Notes under the pieces: generated by a model
The model's input: the letters and a program-made list of their open reading frames with translations, nothing else
Databases searched by the model: none
Told to the model about the DNA's origin: nothing
Shown: in pieces, positions 39,191 to 47,936 of the stretch
How the letters are laid out: the number at the start of each line of letters is the position of its first letter
Numbering within the stretch: position 1 is the first letter of the stretch
DNA from: Bacillota bacterium
GTDB taxonomy: Bacteria > Bacillota > Sulfobacillia > Sulfobacillales > JAIMBI01
Reading direction: 5' to 3'
Assembly: GCA_021797815.1 (NCBI GenBank)
Contig: JAJZYZ010000005.1
Coordinates: 10,469 to 74,468 of the forward strand
Length of the DNA stretch: 64,000 nucleotides
Made by a program: the position numbers and the translations under genes

Positions 39191-39540
39191 CTCGCACGCA
39201 AGCCGTGCCGTGACAGGCGGAGGCTCCAGCACCAGATGGGACGCGCTGGCGCGACCGTCGAGACAAGTCGCCGATGGACACAGACCCCGCGCTCCGGCAC
39301 CGGCGGCGTCTTTCGGTCACCGCGACAGCCCCACGGTTTGCTGACGCGGGCCGGGCACGCGTCGTGCGGGCTCGGCCAACCTGGGCGACGGCCTTGTGCG
39401 GACGGTTCCCCATAGCTCCGGGCCCGAGGGGACATCTCGTTGGGCGGCACGACGCGGACGCCGAAAGTGACAGAAGAGAGTCGAGGCCAGGTCATGGGCC
39501 ATTTCGGGTACGGGCGACAGGGCCCGCGGGTGGCCAGGAG

Positions 39541-39897
39541 CTAGCGGACGTCGGTGAGCCGGGAGTCGGTGAGGGCGATGCGATGTCCGGTCGGCAAAAT
39601 CAGAAGTTGAACCTGGGCCGTGTCGACCGGACGGACCTCCAGCACGCGGCCGCCCTGAGACTCGAACGCGTCCAGGATGGCGGGAAGCCTTTCGCTGTAG
39701 TAGAGGGGATAAAGCTCGCGGGCCCGGTGGTAGTCAGGCTCGAGCTGGACAAACACACGGGAACCCTGGACTTCCAGCACGGCCCCGTCGGAACGGAGAC
39801 TCAGCACACGGCACTGAAGACTCCGCCACGAGAGCAGGGAGGCGGCCAGGTCGTCCGTGAACAGGAGGAGTCCTAGAAACTCCGGCCGTTCAGGCAT
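39541..39897 (-). CDS. Hypothetical protein, possibly glyoxalase/VOC-fold
   Basis: About 118 aa from ATG 39897 (MPERPEFLGLLLFTDDL...), overlapping the ispH stop by 8 nt. The fold assignment is weak. Confidence 0.45.
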   Translation of the reverse strand: MPERPEFLGLLLFTDDLAASLLSWRSLQCRVLSLRSDGAVLEVQGSRVFVQLEPDYHRARELYPLYYSERLPAILDAFESQGGRVLEVRPVDTAQVQLLILPTGHRIALTDSRLTDVR

Positions 39898-40783
39898 CCG
39901 GCACCGTGGCGACGTTCCAGGACTCGAGCCGTCCAATCACGGCCCGCGTAATCTGGCTAGGGGTGGAAGAACCGGCGGTTACGGCCACCCGCCTGGCATC
40001 CGTGAACCATTCCGGGCGCAGGTCGTCCGCCGTCTCCACCCGGTATGCGGGCGTGCCGCCGACTTTCTCCACCACTTCCACCAGTCGATTGGAGTTGTTG
40101 CTGCGAGGATCACCCACGACCACCACCACGTCCACACCGGAGGCCGCCTTTACGGCCGCTTCCTGGCGAAGTTGGGTCGCGAGGCAAATTTCGTTGTGGA
40201 CCTCGGCATCCGGGCGGCGAGCCGTGAGCACGGCGATAATGTCGGCCGTGTCCCACTGCGACAGTGTCGTCTGGGTCATGATGGCAAGAGGTCCCTCAGG
40301 GAGATCCACGGTATTGGCCTGGGCCAGCGAACTCACGAGGGTCACGCGGCCCGCGGGGGCCTCACCCATCGCACCCTGCGGCTCCGGATGCCCCGGGGTT
40401 CCGATGTATACGATGTGATAGCCCTGCGCCACGCGCTCCCGCACAAGCACATGCGTCTTGGTGACATCAGGACAGGTGGCGTCTAACACGTGAAAACCTT
40501 TTTCGCGGGCGCGCTCGCGTACGGCGGGAGATACCCCATGGGCCGTGAGGATGACCGTGGCCCCGTCCGGCACCTCGTCCAGGAGCCGCAGACGGTCGGG
40601 GCCGTCGAGCGTCAGAATGCCATGGCGATCAAGCTCCTCCACGGCGTAGCGATTATGCACGATTTGACCCAGCACCACGATTGGCCGGGGAATGCTTTCG
40701 TCGCGAGCCGCCCGCTTCGCGAGCGTAAGCGCATCGACGACACCATAGCAGTATCCCCGTGGTGTAATTTTCAAGACGTCCAT
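39890..40783 (-). CDS. ispH: 4-hydroxy-3-methylbut-2-enyl diphosphate reductase
   Basis: MDVLKITPRGYCYGVVDAL, HGVSP, DATCPDVTKTH, NEICLATQLRQ, VVVGDPRSNNSNRL. Confidence 0.93.
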   Translation of the reverse strand: MDVLKITPRGYCYGVVDALTLAKRAARDESIPRPIVVLGQIVHNRYAVEELDRHGILTLDGPDRLRLLDEVPDGATVILTAHGVSPAVRERAREKGFHVLDATCPDVTKTHVLVRERVAQGYHIVYIGTPGHPEPQGAMGEAPAGRVTLVSSLAQANTVDLPEGPLAIMTQTTLSQWDTADIIAVLTARRPDAEVHNEICLATQLRQEAAVKAASGVDVVVVVGDPRSNNSNRLVEVVEKVGGTPAYRVETADDLRPEWFTDARRVAVTAGSSTPSQITRAVIGRLESWNVATVPDA

Positions 40784-40864
40784 GTTGGGTCGCCTCCTTC
40801 CCCGATCGTCTCCAGCATCCGCCGCGCCTCCGCCGACGTCAAGGTCGCCGGATCGGCAAGGCGC

Positions 40865-41608
40865 CTACAGAAGGCCCGGAATGCGGCTGTACCAGCCGGT
40901 GACCAGGGCCGCGCCCAGGAGTACCAGCAAGAGACCCGCGGCCCGCGTGATGAGAGGCAGATAGCGGCCGAGACCGTGCAGGATGGGCATGAGCCGATCA
41001 AGGACCAGGGCCATGACCAGAAACGGAAGGGACAGCCCGAGGGCATACACCAGCAGCAGGATGCCCCCCGTCGCCACCGAGTGCGCGTTGGAAGCGAGGA
41101 GAAGTATGCTGCCGGCGATGGGGCCGATGCACGGCGTCCAGCCGGCCGCAAACACGAGTCCCATCAAGAAGGCTCCCACAAAGCCACGCCGCGGCCGGGC
41201 CTGAAATCCCACCTGGCGCTCGAAAAGTCCTATATGGATGACGCCGAGGAGATTCAGCCCGAACACCACAATCACGATGCCGCCGAGTTCGGCCAGCAAT
41301 TTCTGGTGAGAGGAGACAAACTGACCAAAGCTCGTGGCCAGGAGTCCGGCTATCACCAGGATCACGACGAGCCCGGCCATGAATGCCAGCGCATTTCGCA
41401 CCACCCGCCCACGAAGCACGGTGGTATCCGAACCGGCGCCCACGACGGTGGTGCCGGCCAGAGCGGATAGGTAAGATGGCACCAACGGCACGACGCATGG
41501 AGACAGGAACGAGGCCAGGCCGGCCACGAAGGCCACCGCGAGACTCAAATTGCCCAACCGGGACGCCTCCGTTACCGTTATAGCAAATGATGGTGCGCGC
41601 CCAGGCAC
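40865..41608 (-). CDS. ccdA: Cytochrome c biogenesis thiol-disulfide transporter CcdA (DsbD family)
   Basis: LASFLSPCVVPLVPSYL and GWTPCIGPI motifs. 6 TM segments. Start uncertain. Confidence 0.85.
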   Translation of the reverse strand: MPGRAPSFAITVTEASRLGNLSLAVAFVAGLASFLSPCVVPLVPSYLSALAGTTVVGAGSDTTVLRGRVVRNALAFMAGLVVILVIAGLLATSFGQFVSSHQKLLAELGGIVIVVFGLNLLGVIHIGLFERQVGFQARPRRGFVGAFLMGLVFAAGWTPCIGPIAGSILLLASNAHSVATGGILLLVYALGLSLPFLVMALVLDRLMPILHGLGRYLPLITRAAGLLLVLLGAALVTGWYSRIPGLL

Positions 41609-41670
41609 GCGTTTTGTGGAGGACTCGAGGTCGCTGCGTCGAAGAGCATCGGATCTGGGGGGATGCCGTC

Positions 41671-42399
41671 ATCATCCGGCTTGAAACCGTTACCAAGCGC
41701 TATCCCAACGGCCATGTCGCGCTCGACGACGTATCTCTCACCATTCCCCGGGGTGAGTTCGTATTCGTCGTGGGCCCGAGCGGGGCCGGAAAGTCCAGTC
41801 TCATCCGACTGTTGTACCACGAAGAAGTGCCAACCAGCGGAGAGGTTTACGTCGACCAGTTCCGGCTGGGACGGCTTCGCCGCGGTCAGGTGCCCCGGCT
41901 CCGCCGGCTCCTGGGCGTGGTGTTTCAGGATGTTCGGCTTCTGCCTGACCGTGATGTATACCACAACGTGGCGTTTGCCATGCAGGTGGTGGAGGCGAGT
42001 CCCCGCGACATCAAGAAGCGCGTGCCCCAGATGCTGGAGCTGGTCGGACTGCAGGCCCGGTCCCACCATTTTCCGCATCAGCTTTCGGGCGGCGAGCAGC
42101 AGCGAGTGGGGCTGGCGCGGGCGCTCGTCAATAATCCCCATTATCTCCTGGCCGACGAGCCGACCGGAAACCTCGACCCCGAAACCGCCGAGGGCATCGT
42201 GAAGCTGCTGTCGGAGATCAATCGCCGGGGAGCCACGGTGGTCATGGCGACGCATGCCCGTGACATCGTAAACCGCATGAACCGGCGCGTGCTGGCCATC
42301 GAGGGAGGGCGGCTCGTGCGCGACGACGCCAGGGGCCGCTACGAGGAGGAAGGCCCCGCACGGACGACGTGGCTGTCCACGGTGAGCCATGAGGCTTAG
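41671..42399 (+). CDS. ftsE: Cell-division ABC ATPase FtsE
   Basis: IIRLETVTKRYPNGHVALDDVSLTIPRGEFVFVVGPSGAGKSSL, LSGGEQQRVGLARA. The ORF track starts at 41587 and overlaps ccdA. The homologous N-terminus begins at ATC 41671, 7 nt after GGGGGGA. The next canonical option is TTG 41614. Confidence 0.9.
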   Translation: MIRLETVTKRYPNGHVALDDVSLTIPRGEFVFVVGPSGAGKSSLIRLLYHEEVPTSGEVYVDQFRLGRLRRGQVPRLRRLLGVVFQDVRLLPDRDVYHNVAFAMQVVEASPRDIKKRVPQMLELVGLQARSHHFPHQLSGGEQQRVGLARALVNNPHYLLADEPTGNLDPETAEGIVKLLSEINRRGATVVMATHARDIVNRMNRRVLAIEGGRLVRDDARGRYEEEGPARTTWLSTVSHEA

Positions 42400-43276
42400 G
42401 ACCTTGGGATATTTCTGGCGTGAGGCGGCGCGCGGCGTGCGCCACACGGGCTGGATGAGCGTGGCCTCGGTGCTGACCGTAAGTGTGGCCCTCTTCGTGC
42501 TGGGAGTTTTCGGCGTGCTCAGCATCAATCTAGAACATGCCGCCAACGCCCTTAACCGGCAGGTGGAGCTGCAGGCGTATTTCAAGCCGTCGATGAAACC
42601 GGCCGCGGAACATGCCTTTCTGGCGGCGCTCAAGCATGAACCGGGCGTGCGCCGGGTCATCTTTGTCTCCAAGACACAGGCCCTCGGCCAGCTCAAAAAA
42701 GAGTTTCCCCACGACACGACGCTGTGGCAGCTCATTTCGCAGGGCAATCCGCTCCTGGACGGGTTTCAGGTTTACACCAAGCAGCCCCGCCAGATTCCTC
42801 CGCTGGCGCGGACGCTCCGCAAGAGTCCGGATGTGGGCCAGGTCGTGTACCAGGCCACGGTCGTCTCGCGGTTGACCGTGGTCACGCGCATCCTGCGTAC
42901 CGGGGGCTACGTGGTCGAGGCTCTGCTGGCGTTTGCGACTCTCTTCATCATTGCCAACACCATTCGCCTGGGTGTGTTTGCGCGTCGTCGGGAAATTGCG
43001 GTCATGAAGCTCGTGGGTGCCACCGACTGGTTCATCCGCTGGCCCTTCCTCCTGGAAGGCATCTATCTGGGACTCATGGGGGCGGTGCTGGCCAGTGCCG
43101 CGGTCATCGTGGGCTACCACTGGGTATTCCACACCGCAGCGCACGTCGTGGCCTTCTTCCCATTGGCCGGGGTCTCGGTCATCGAACGCTCCACGATGGA
43201 GACCACCGGCGTGGGCGGGGTAGCGGTCGGGTTGCTGGGCAGCCTCTGGGCGCTGCGCCGTTTCCTTCGGGTGTGA
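42389..43276 (+). CDS. ftsX: Cell-division permease FtsX
   Basis: 295 aa, 4 TM. FtsX extracellular-domain pattern and C-terminal FtsX motif (MKLVGATDWFIRWPFLLEG). Overlaps the ftsE stop. Confidence 0.9.
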   Translation: MRLRTLGYFWREAARGVRHTGWMSVASVLTVSVALFVLGVFGVLSINLEHAANALNRQVELQAYFKPSMKPAAEHAFLAALKHEPGVRRVIFVSKTQALGQLKKEFPHDTTLWQLISQGNPLLDGFQVYTKQPRQIPPLARTLRKSPDVGQVVYQATVVSRLTVVTRILRTGGYVVEALLAFATLFIIANTIRLGVFARRREIAVMKLVGATDWFIRWPFLLEGIYLGLMGAVLASAAVIVGYHWVFHTAAHVVAFFPLAGVSVIERSTMETTGVGGVAVGLLGSLWALRRFLRV

Positions 43277-43286
43277 GCCGCTATAA

Positions 43287-44507
43287 TTGGCGGGGAGTGA
43301 TGGGGTGAAGTCCATCGGCCTCGCCGTCGCGGCGCTCATCGCGGCGGCTCTTGTCGGATCCGGGGCCACCCTGCTCATCCTCCAGGCACGTGCCGCCCCT
43401 GTGTCCCGCCCCCTTTCAAGTGTGCCGGCCGGCCTCGCCCAGAACCCGGGCTTTCAGCGCCTGATACAGGTGTACAAAGATATCCGCACCCAGACCATCT
43501 GGCCGAACACGTCTGGGGCCCTGTTTACGGGAGCTATCAACGGTATGGTCGGCACGCTTCATGACCCTTTCAGCGACTATCTCACGCCGGCTCAGATGGC
43601 CGGGCTCAACCAGGAGCTCGGTCAAAGTTTTGGGGGCATCGGCGTGGAGATGGACGTCAACGCGACGGGCCAGTTCCAGGTCGTGGCCGTATTTGCGGGA
43701 ACTCCCGCGCGCCGCGCCGGCGTGCATGCCGGGGACATCATCATGGCCGTCAACGGCCGCAGTGTGGCGGGCGAAAACGCCGACCAGGTGGCAGCTTCCG
43801 TCCGCGGGCGGGTAGGGACCACGGTCGTCCTCACCGTAACTCGCGGGGGGCGTCGGCTCACGTTCACCCTCACGCGGGCCCAGATTTCGGCGCCCACCGT
43901 CTTTACGAAGATGCTTCCGGGCCATGTCGGATATATGGACATTACCGAGTTTGGCTACCACACGGGGACCCAGGTACTGACCGCCTACCACAAACTGGTG
44001 CAGGAGGGCGCCCGGGGCATTCTGCTCGATCTGCGCAACAATCCGGGCGGGGATGTGCGTCAGTGTCAGATTGCGGCCGGGGCCCTCATTCCGCCCGGGC
44101 CGCTCGTAACGCTCAAATACAAGAACGCCAGTCAGGACGTGACGCTCGACTCACCGGGGCCCGGGACCCGCCTGCCCGTCGTAGTGATGGTAAACGGGGA
44201 CACGGCGTCGGCCGCCGAAATCCTCTCCGCCGCCATTGCCCAGCGAGGCGTGGGCATCCTGGTCGGCACCAAAACGTTTGGCAAGGGCATCGTACAGGCG
44301 GTGGAGCCGCTGGCCGGCGGGGCTTACCTGAAGCTGACGGTGGCGCGCTACCTCACCCCCAACGGTGACTACATCGAGCACAAGGGACTCCTGCCGAATG
44401 TGGTGGTTCCGGAGTCGAAAGGCGTCACGCCGTCTTCTGACCTGGCTTCCGACCCTCAGCTCCGCCAGGGTTACCAACTGCTCTTGCAGCGGATGGCGAA
44501 GTCCTAG
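43287..44507 (+). CDS. S41 carboxy-terminal processing protease with PDZ domain (CtpA/CtpB-like)
   Basis: GGIGVEM, PARRAGVHAGDIIMAVNG (PDZ), LDLRNNPGG, NGDTASAAEIL, TFGKG. Alternative start at GTG 43305. Confidence 0.9.
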   Translation: MAGSDGVKSIGLAVAALIAAALVGSGATLLILQARAAPVSRPLSSVPAGLAQNPGFQRLIQVYKDIRTQTIWPNTSGALFTGAINGMVGTLHDPFSDYLTPAQMAGLNQELGQSFGGIGVEMDVNATGQFQVVAVFAGTPARRAGVHAGDIIMAVNGRSVAGENADQVAASVRGRVGTTVVLTVTRGGRRLTFTLTRAQISAPTVFTKMLPGHVGYMDITEFGYHTGTQVLTAYHKLVQEGARGILLDLRNNPGGDVRQCQIAAGALIPPGPLVTLKYKNASQDVTLDSPGPGTRLPVVVMVNGDTASAAEILSAAIAQRGVGILVGTKTFGKGIVQAVEPLAGGAYLKLTVARYLTPNGDYIEHKGLLPNVVVPESKGVTPSSDLASDPQLRQGYQLLLQRMAKS

Positions 44508-45709
44508 CCCTTCCCGGCCTTTGCCAGCAGCTGGCCAAAGCGCGCCCAGGACGACGTGATGGGCCACGATTGGGACCGCCACAGGACCCGTCCCCCGCCC
44601 GTCAGCAGCACGCTCTCGGGGATATTCTGCGCACCCAGAGCATCGGCAAGCTGTCCTGTGGCGTCGTACGCGACCGTCATCGGCGGCAGGGACGGGTTTG
44701 CGGCCATGAACCGCTCAAACGCGGTGGACGACGGTTCCACGGTGCCGATGTCGACCACCACCACACGGATGTTGGCGTGAGCGCGCGCCTGTGCCGCAAG
44801 CGTCCGCCAGTTGGCGGCGAGCTCGGGCGCCCAGGAGGCTGCAAACACGACCAGTGTGGGGCCGTGACCGGCGAGGGCCACCGTGCCGTGACGGCCCGAT
44901 GCGGTGATGGCGGGAATCGACGCGGTCTTCGGCGACGGGGGCGGAGGAACCGTGAGCCGGGGCAGCCTCTTCACCGCCGCATGGGGCAGAACGCCCTGCA
45001 CGACGCGTGCCAGGACCAGGGCCTCCGTGTTGACCGCCCGGTACTCCATGGCCGTCTCGGCGACCCACCGCTCGCGACCGTTGGGGGCAATGACGTAGAG
45101 GGCGGGGGTGTGGTCGACGACGCCGTGGATGACAGCCGTGTATATCCCGTATTGCTTCCAGACGCGGGCCAGGGTGGCCGGGGAGCCGGTCAGGAATAAC
45201 CACCGATTCATAAGCCCGTGGGCGGCCGAGTACTGTCGCACGTCGGCGACCGACGTGGCTGTCGGATTGACGTTTACGGCCAGCAGCACCATGTGGCGGG
45301 CCGCCGCGGCCCCTAGAAGGCGCTCCGCCCCCACCATACTCTCCATTGTGAGCGGGCAGATGGTCGTGCACTGATCGTCGATGAAGGCTAGGACGACTGC
45401 GCGGCCCCGGAATTGCGCCAGGGTCACCGTCTGTCCAAACTGGTCGATGAGGCGAAAGGCCGGGGCGGGTCGCGAAAGATAGGCGCCCGCGTCAACAGGT
45501 GTGTTGGCGAGAATGGCGGCGGCCGTGGCGGGTGTCCTCACCGGGCCGGCCCCTCCGCGGCCCAGCCGGAGGTACGCGCCCGCGCCCACGGCCAGCGCCA
45601 GGAGAGCCACCAGCAGAACGCGCCGGCGGGCTCTCACCGGGAACGCCCGCGTCTCAAAGCACCGCGACCCCTTCTCCGAACCTGCAAATTCGTCAAATTG
45701 CCCCCGCAA
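44504..45709 (-). CDS. SCO1/SenC-like copper chaperone fused to a Cys-less thioredoxin-fold domain
   Basis: N-terminal TM. FRGRAVVLAFIDDQCTTICP (CxxxCP) and a later His context (VDHTPALYVI). The second domain has LVVFAASWAPEL where TlpA/ResA proteins carry WCxxC. Confidence 0.72.
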   Translation of the reverse strand: MRGQFDEFAGSEKGSRCFETRAFPVRARRRVLLVALLALAVGAGAYLRLGRGGAGPVRTPATAAAILANTPVDAGAYLSRPAPAFRLIDQFGQTVTLAQFRGRAVVLAFIDDQCTTICPLTMESMVGAERLLGAAAARHMVLLAVNVNPTATSVADVRQYSAAHGLMNRWLFLTGSPATLARVWKQYGIYTAVIHGVVDHTPALYVIAPNGRERWVAETAMEYRAVNTEALVLARVVQGVLPHAAVKRLPRLTVPPPPSPKTASIPAITASGRHGTVALAGHGPTLVVFAASWAPELAANWRTLAAQARAHANIRVVVVDIGTVEPSSTAFERFMAANPSLPPMTVAYDATGQLADALGAQNIPESVLLTGGGRVLWRSQSWPITSSWARFGQLLAKAGKG

Positions 45710-45929
45710 TAACTTGGAAAAGATAGAACGGATGGTCTATGCTTATGCGGACGCCGAAGCGTTCGCGCCACGCCGATAACTTGCCTGGAAGGCCACGATT
45801 CGACGCGTTACAATGTACCGGATCGGCTGGTGAATGGCCAAGGACCCGCCCCAACCTCATGCCCAGCGCCCGGAAGGACCAGGAGGCTCAGAGTCCATCA
45901 GTTTCTCCGTCCGCTTCAAGGAGGCCTAC

Positions 45930-47936
45930 ATGCCGTCGTTTCAAGTGGTCGCCCCGTATGAGCCTGCCGGTGACCAGCCAAACGCCATCCGCGAGCTGTC
46001 TCAGGGGTTTCGTGCGGGTCTGAAGCGCGAGGTGCTGCTGGGCGTTACGGGGTCCGGCAAGACGTTTACGATGGCGCATACGATTGCCGAGGCGGGGCTG
46101 CCCACTCTCGTCATCGCCCCCAACAAGACGCTTGCGGCCCAGCTGGCCGGCGAGTTGAAGGCATTCTTTCCGCATAACGCGGTCGAGTACTTTGTGAGCT
46201 ACTACGACTACTACCAGCCGGAGGCCTATATCGCCCAGAGCGACACCTACATCGAAAAAGACTCGCAGATAAACGACGAGATTGACAAGCTCCGTCACTC
46301 GGCCACGTCGTCCCTCTTCGAGCGGAGCGATGTGGTCATCGTCGCCTCGGTGTCCTGCATCTACGGCCTCGGCTCCCCGGAAGACTACAAGGAGCAGGTC
46401 TTCTCACTCCGGGTCGGCATGGAACGGGAGCGGAACGATCTCCTTCGAGGACTGGTGGCCATACGCTACGAGCGGAACGACGTGAACTTCGTGCGCGGGA
46501 AATTCCGTGCGCGCGGCGACGTCGTCGAGATTTTCCCCGCCAACCAGTCGGAGCAGGCCATCCGGGTGGAGCTGTTTGGCGACACTATCGAGCGGATCCG
46601 GGAGTTTGACCCCCTGACCGGGGAGGTCCTGGGCGAGCGGCAGCACGTGGGCATATACCCGGCATCTCACTATGCGACCCGCAAGGAGCGTCTGAAGCCC
46701 GCCCTGGAAGCTATCCGCGAAGAACTTCGGGAGCGGTTGTCGGAGCTCAGGCAGGCGGGCCGCGAACTTGAGGCGCAGCGCCTGGAGCAGCGCACCCTGT
46801 ACGACCTGGAGATGCTGGAGGAAGTGGGTCACTGCCCGGGCATTGAGAATTATTCCCGCCACCTGACGGGCCGCAAGGCGGGCCAGGCGCCCTATACGCT
46901 GCTGGACTATTTTCCGGGTCCGTTTCTCACCCTGATTGACGAGTCGCACGTGACCGTACCACAGCTGCGGGGGATGTATCATGGCGACCGGTCGCGCAAG
47001 GAGGCCCTGGTGCATTTTGGCTTCCGGCTGCCGTCAGCCTTTGACAACCGGCCGCTCCGGTTTGAGGAGTTTCAGGAGCGCATCGACCGGGTGCTGTTCG
47101 TTTCGGCAACACCGGGTCCCTACGAAATGCAGGTGCGGGAGCGGGTGGTGGAGCAGATTGTCCGTCCCACCGGACTGCTTGACCCCAAGGTGACGGTTCG
47201 TCCCACCCGCGGCCAGATTGACGACCTGCTGGGTGAGATCCGTGCGCAGATCGCACACGGATACCGCGTGCTGGTCACGACGCTCACCAAGCGCATGGCC
47301 GAAGATCTGACCGAGTATTTTCGGGAACAGCAAGTCCGGGTCCGCTACCTGCATTCAGACATCGACACATTGGAGCGGATGGCCATTCTCCGGGATCTGC
47401 GGCTCGGGGAATTTGACGTGCTGGTGGGCATCAATCTCCTGCGTGAGGGACTCGACCTGCCCGAGGTGGGTCTCGTCGCGATTCTGGACGCGGACAAAGA
47501 GGGATACCTGCGTTCGGAGACCTCGCTGGTGCAGACGATTGGCCGCGCCGCCCGGAATGTCGACGGCGAGGTCATCATGTACGCAGATCATATGACCGAC
47601 TCGATGGCGCGCGCGATCGGCGAGACCGATCGTCGGCGTGCGATTCAAGAAGCGTTTAACCAGGCTCACCACATCACCCCCGAGTCGGTGAAGAGTGCGG
47701 TGCGCGAGGTGCTGGCAGCGACCCAGGAGGTCAAGGACGAGGTGTTGACCGAAAAGCCGCTGCGCGACCTCTCGGCACGGGAGCGGATCCAGATGGCGAA
47801 CCGCCTGAAGAAGGAGATGAAGGACGCGGCCCGCAACTGGGAGTTCGAACGGGCGGCCGCGATCCGGGATCTCCTGATGGAACTGGAGTCGCTGCGGCCG
47901 GTCCGATCGGTGTCGGGAGGGGCCGGGCGTGCCTAA
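45930..47936 (+). CDS. uvrB: Excinuclease ABC subunit B
   Basis: [29 protein letters not shown], beta-hairpin [17 protein letters not shown]-terminal UVR motif ([12 protein letters not shown]). Start at ATG 45930 after AAGGAGG. Confidence 0.97.
   Translation: MPSFQVVAPYEPAGDQPNAIRELSQGFRAGLKREVLLGVTGSGKTFTMAHTIAEAGLPTLVIAPNKTLAAQLAGELKAFFPHNAVEYFVSYYDYYQPEAYIAQSDTYIEKDSQINDEIDKLRHSATSSLFERSDVVIVASVSCIYGLGSPEDYKEQVFSLRVGMERERNDLLRGLVAIRYERNDVNFVRGKFRARGDVVEIFPANQSEQAIRVELFGDTIERIREFDPLTGEVLGERQHVGIYPASHYATRKERLKPALEAIREELRERLSELRQAGRELEAQRLEQRTLYDLEMLEEVGHCPGIENYSRHLTGRKAGQAPYTLLDYFPGPFLTLIDESHVTVPQLRGMYHGDRSRKEALVHFGFRLPSAFDNRPLRFEEFQERIDRVLFVSATPGPYEMQVRERVVEQIVRPTGLLDPKVTVRPTRGQIDDLLGEIRAQIAHGYRVLVTTLTKRMAEDLTEYFREQQVRVRYLHSDIDTLERMAILRDLRLGEFDVLVGINLLREGLDLPEVGLVAILDADKEGYLRSETSLVQTIGRAARNVDGEVIMYADHMTDSMARAIGETDRRRAIQEAFNQAHHITPESVKSAVREVLAATQEVKDEVLTEKPLRDLSARERIQMANRLKKEMKDAARNWEFERAAAIRDLLMELESLRPVRSVSGGAGRA

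Noticed and set aside
39191-39540. About 350 nt non-coding between the convergent fumC and ispH-operon ends.
   Set aside because: No motif, repeat or ORF could be supported beyond the fumC terminator hairpin, so there is nothing specific to report.
45710-45929. LexA (Cheo) box upstream of uvrB (CGAAGCGTTCG at about 45756-45766).
   Set aside because: The spacing is wrong for CGAAC-N4-GTTCG, since the half-sites are separated by 2 nt and not 4.
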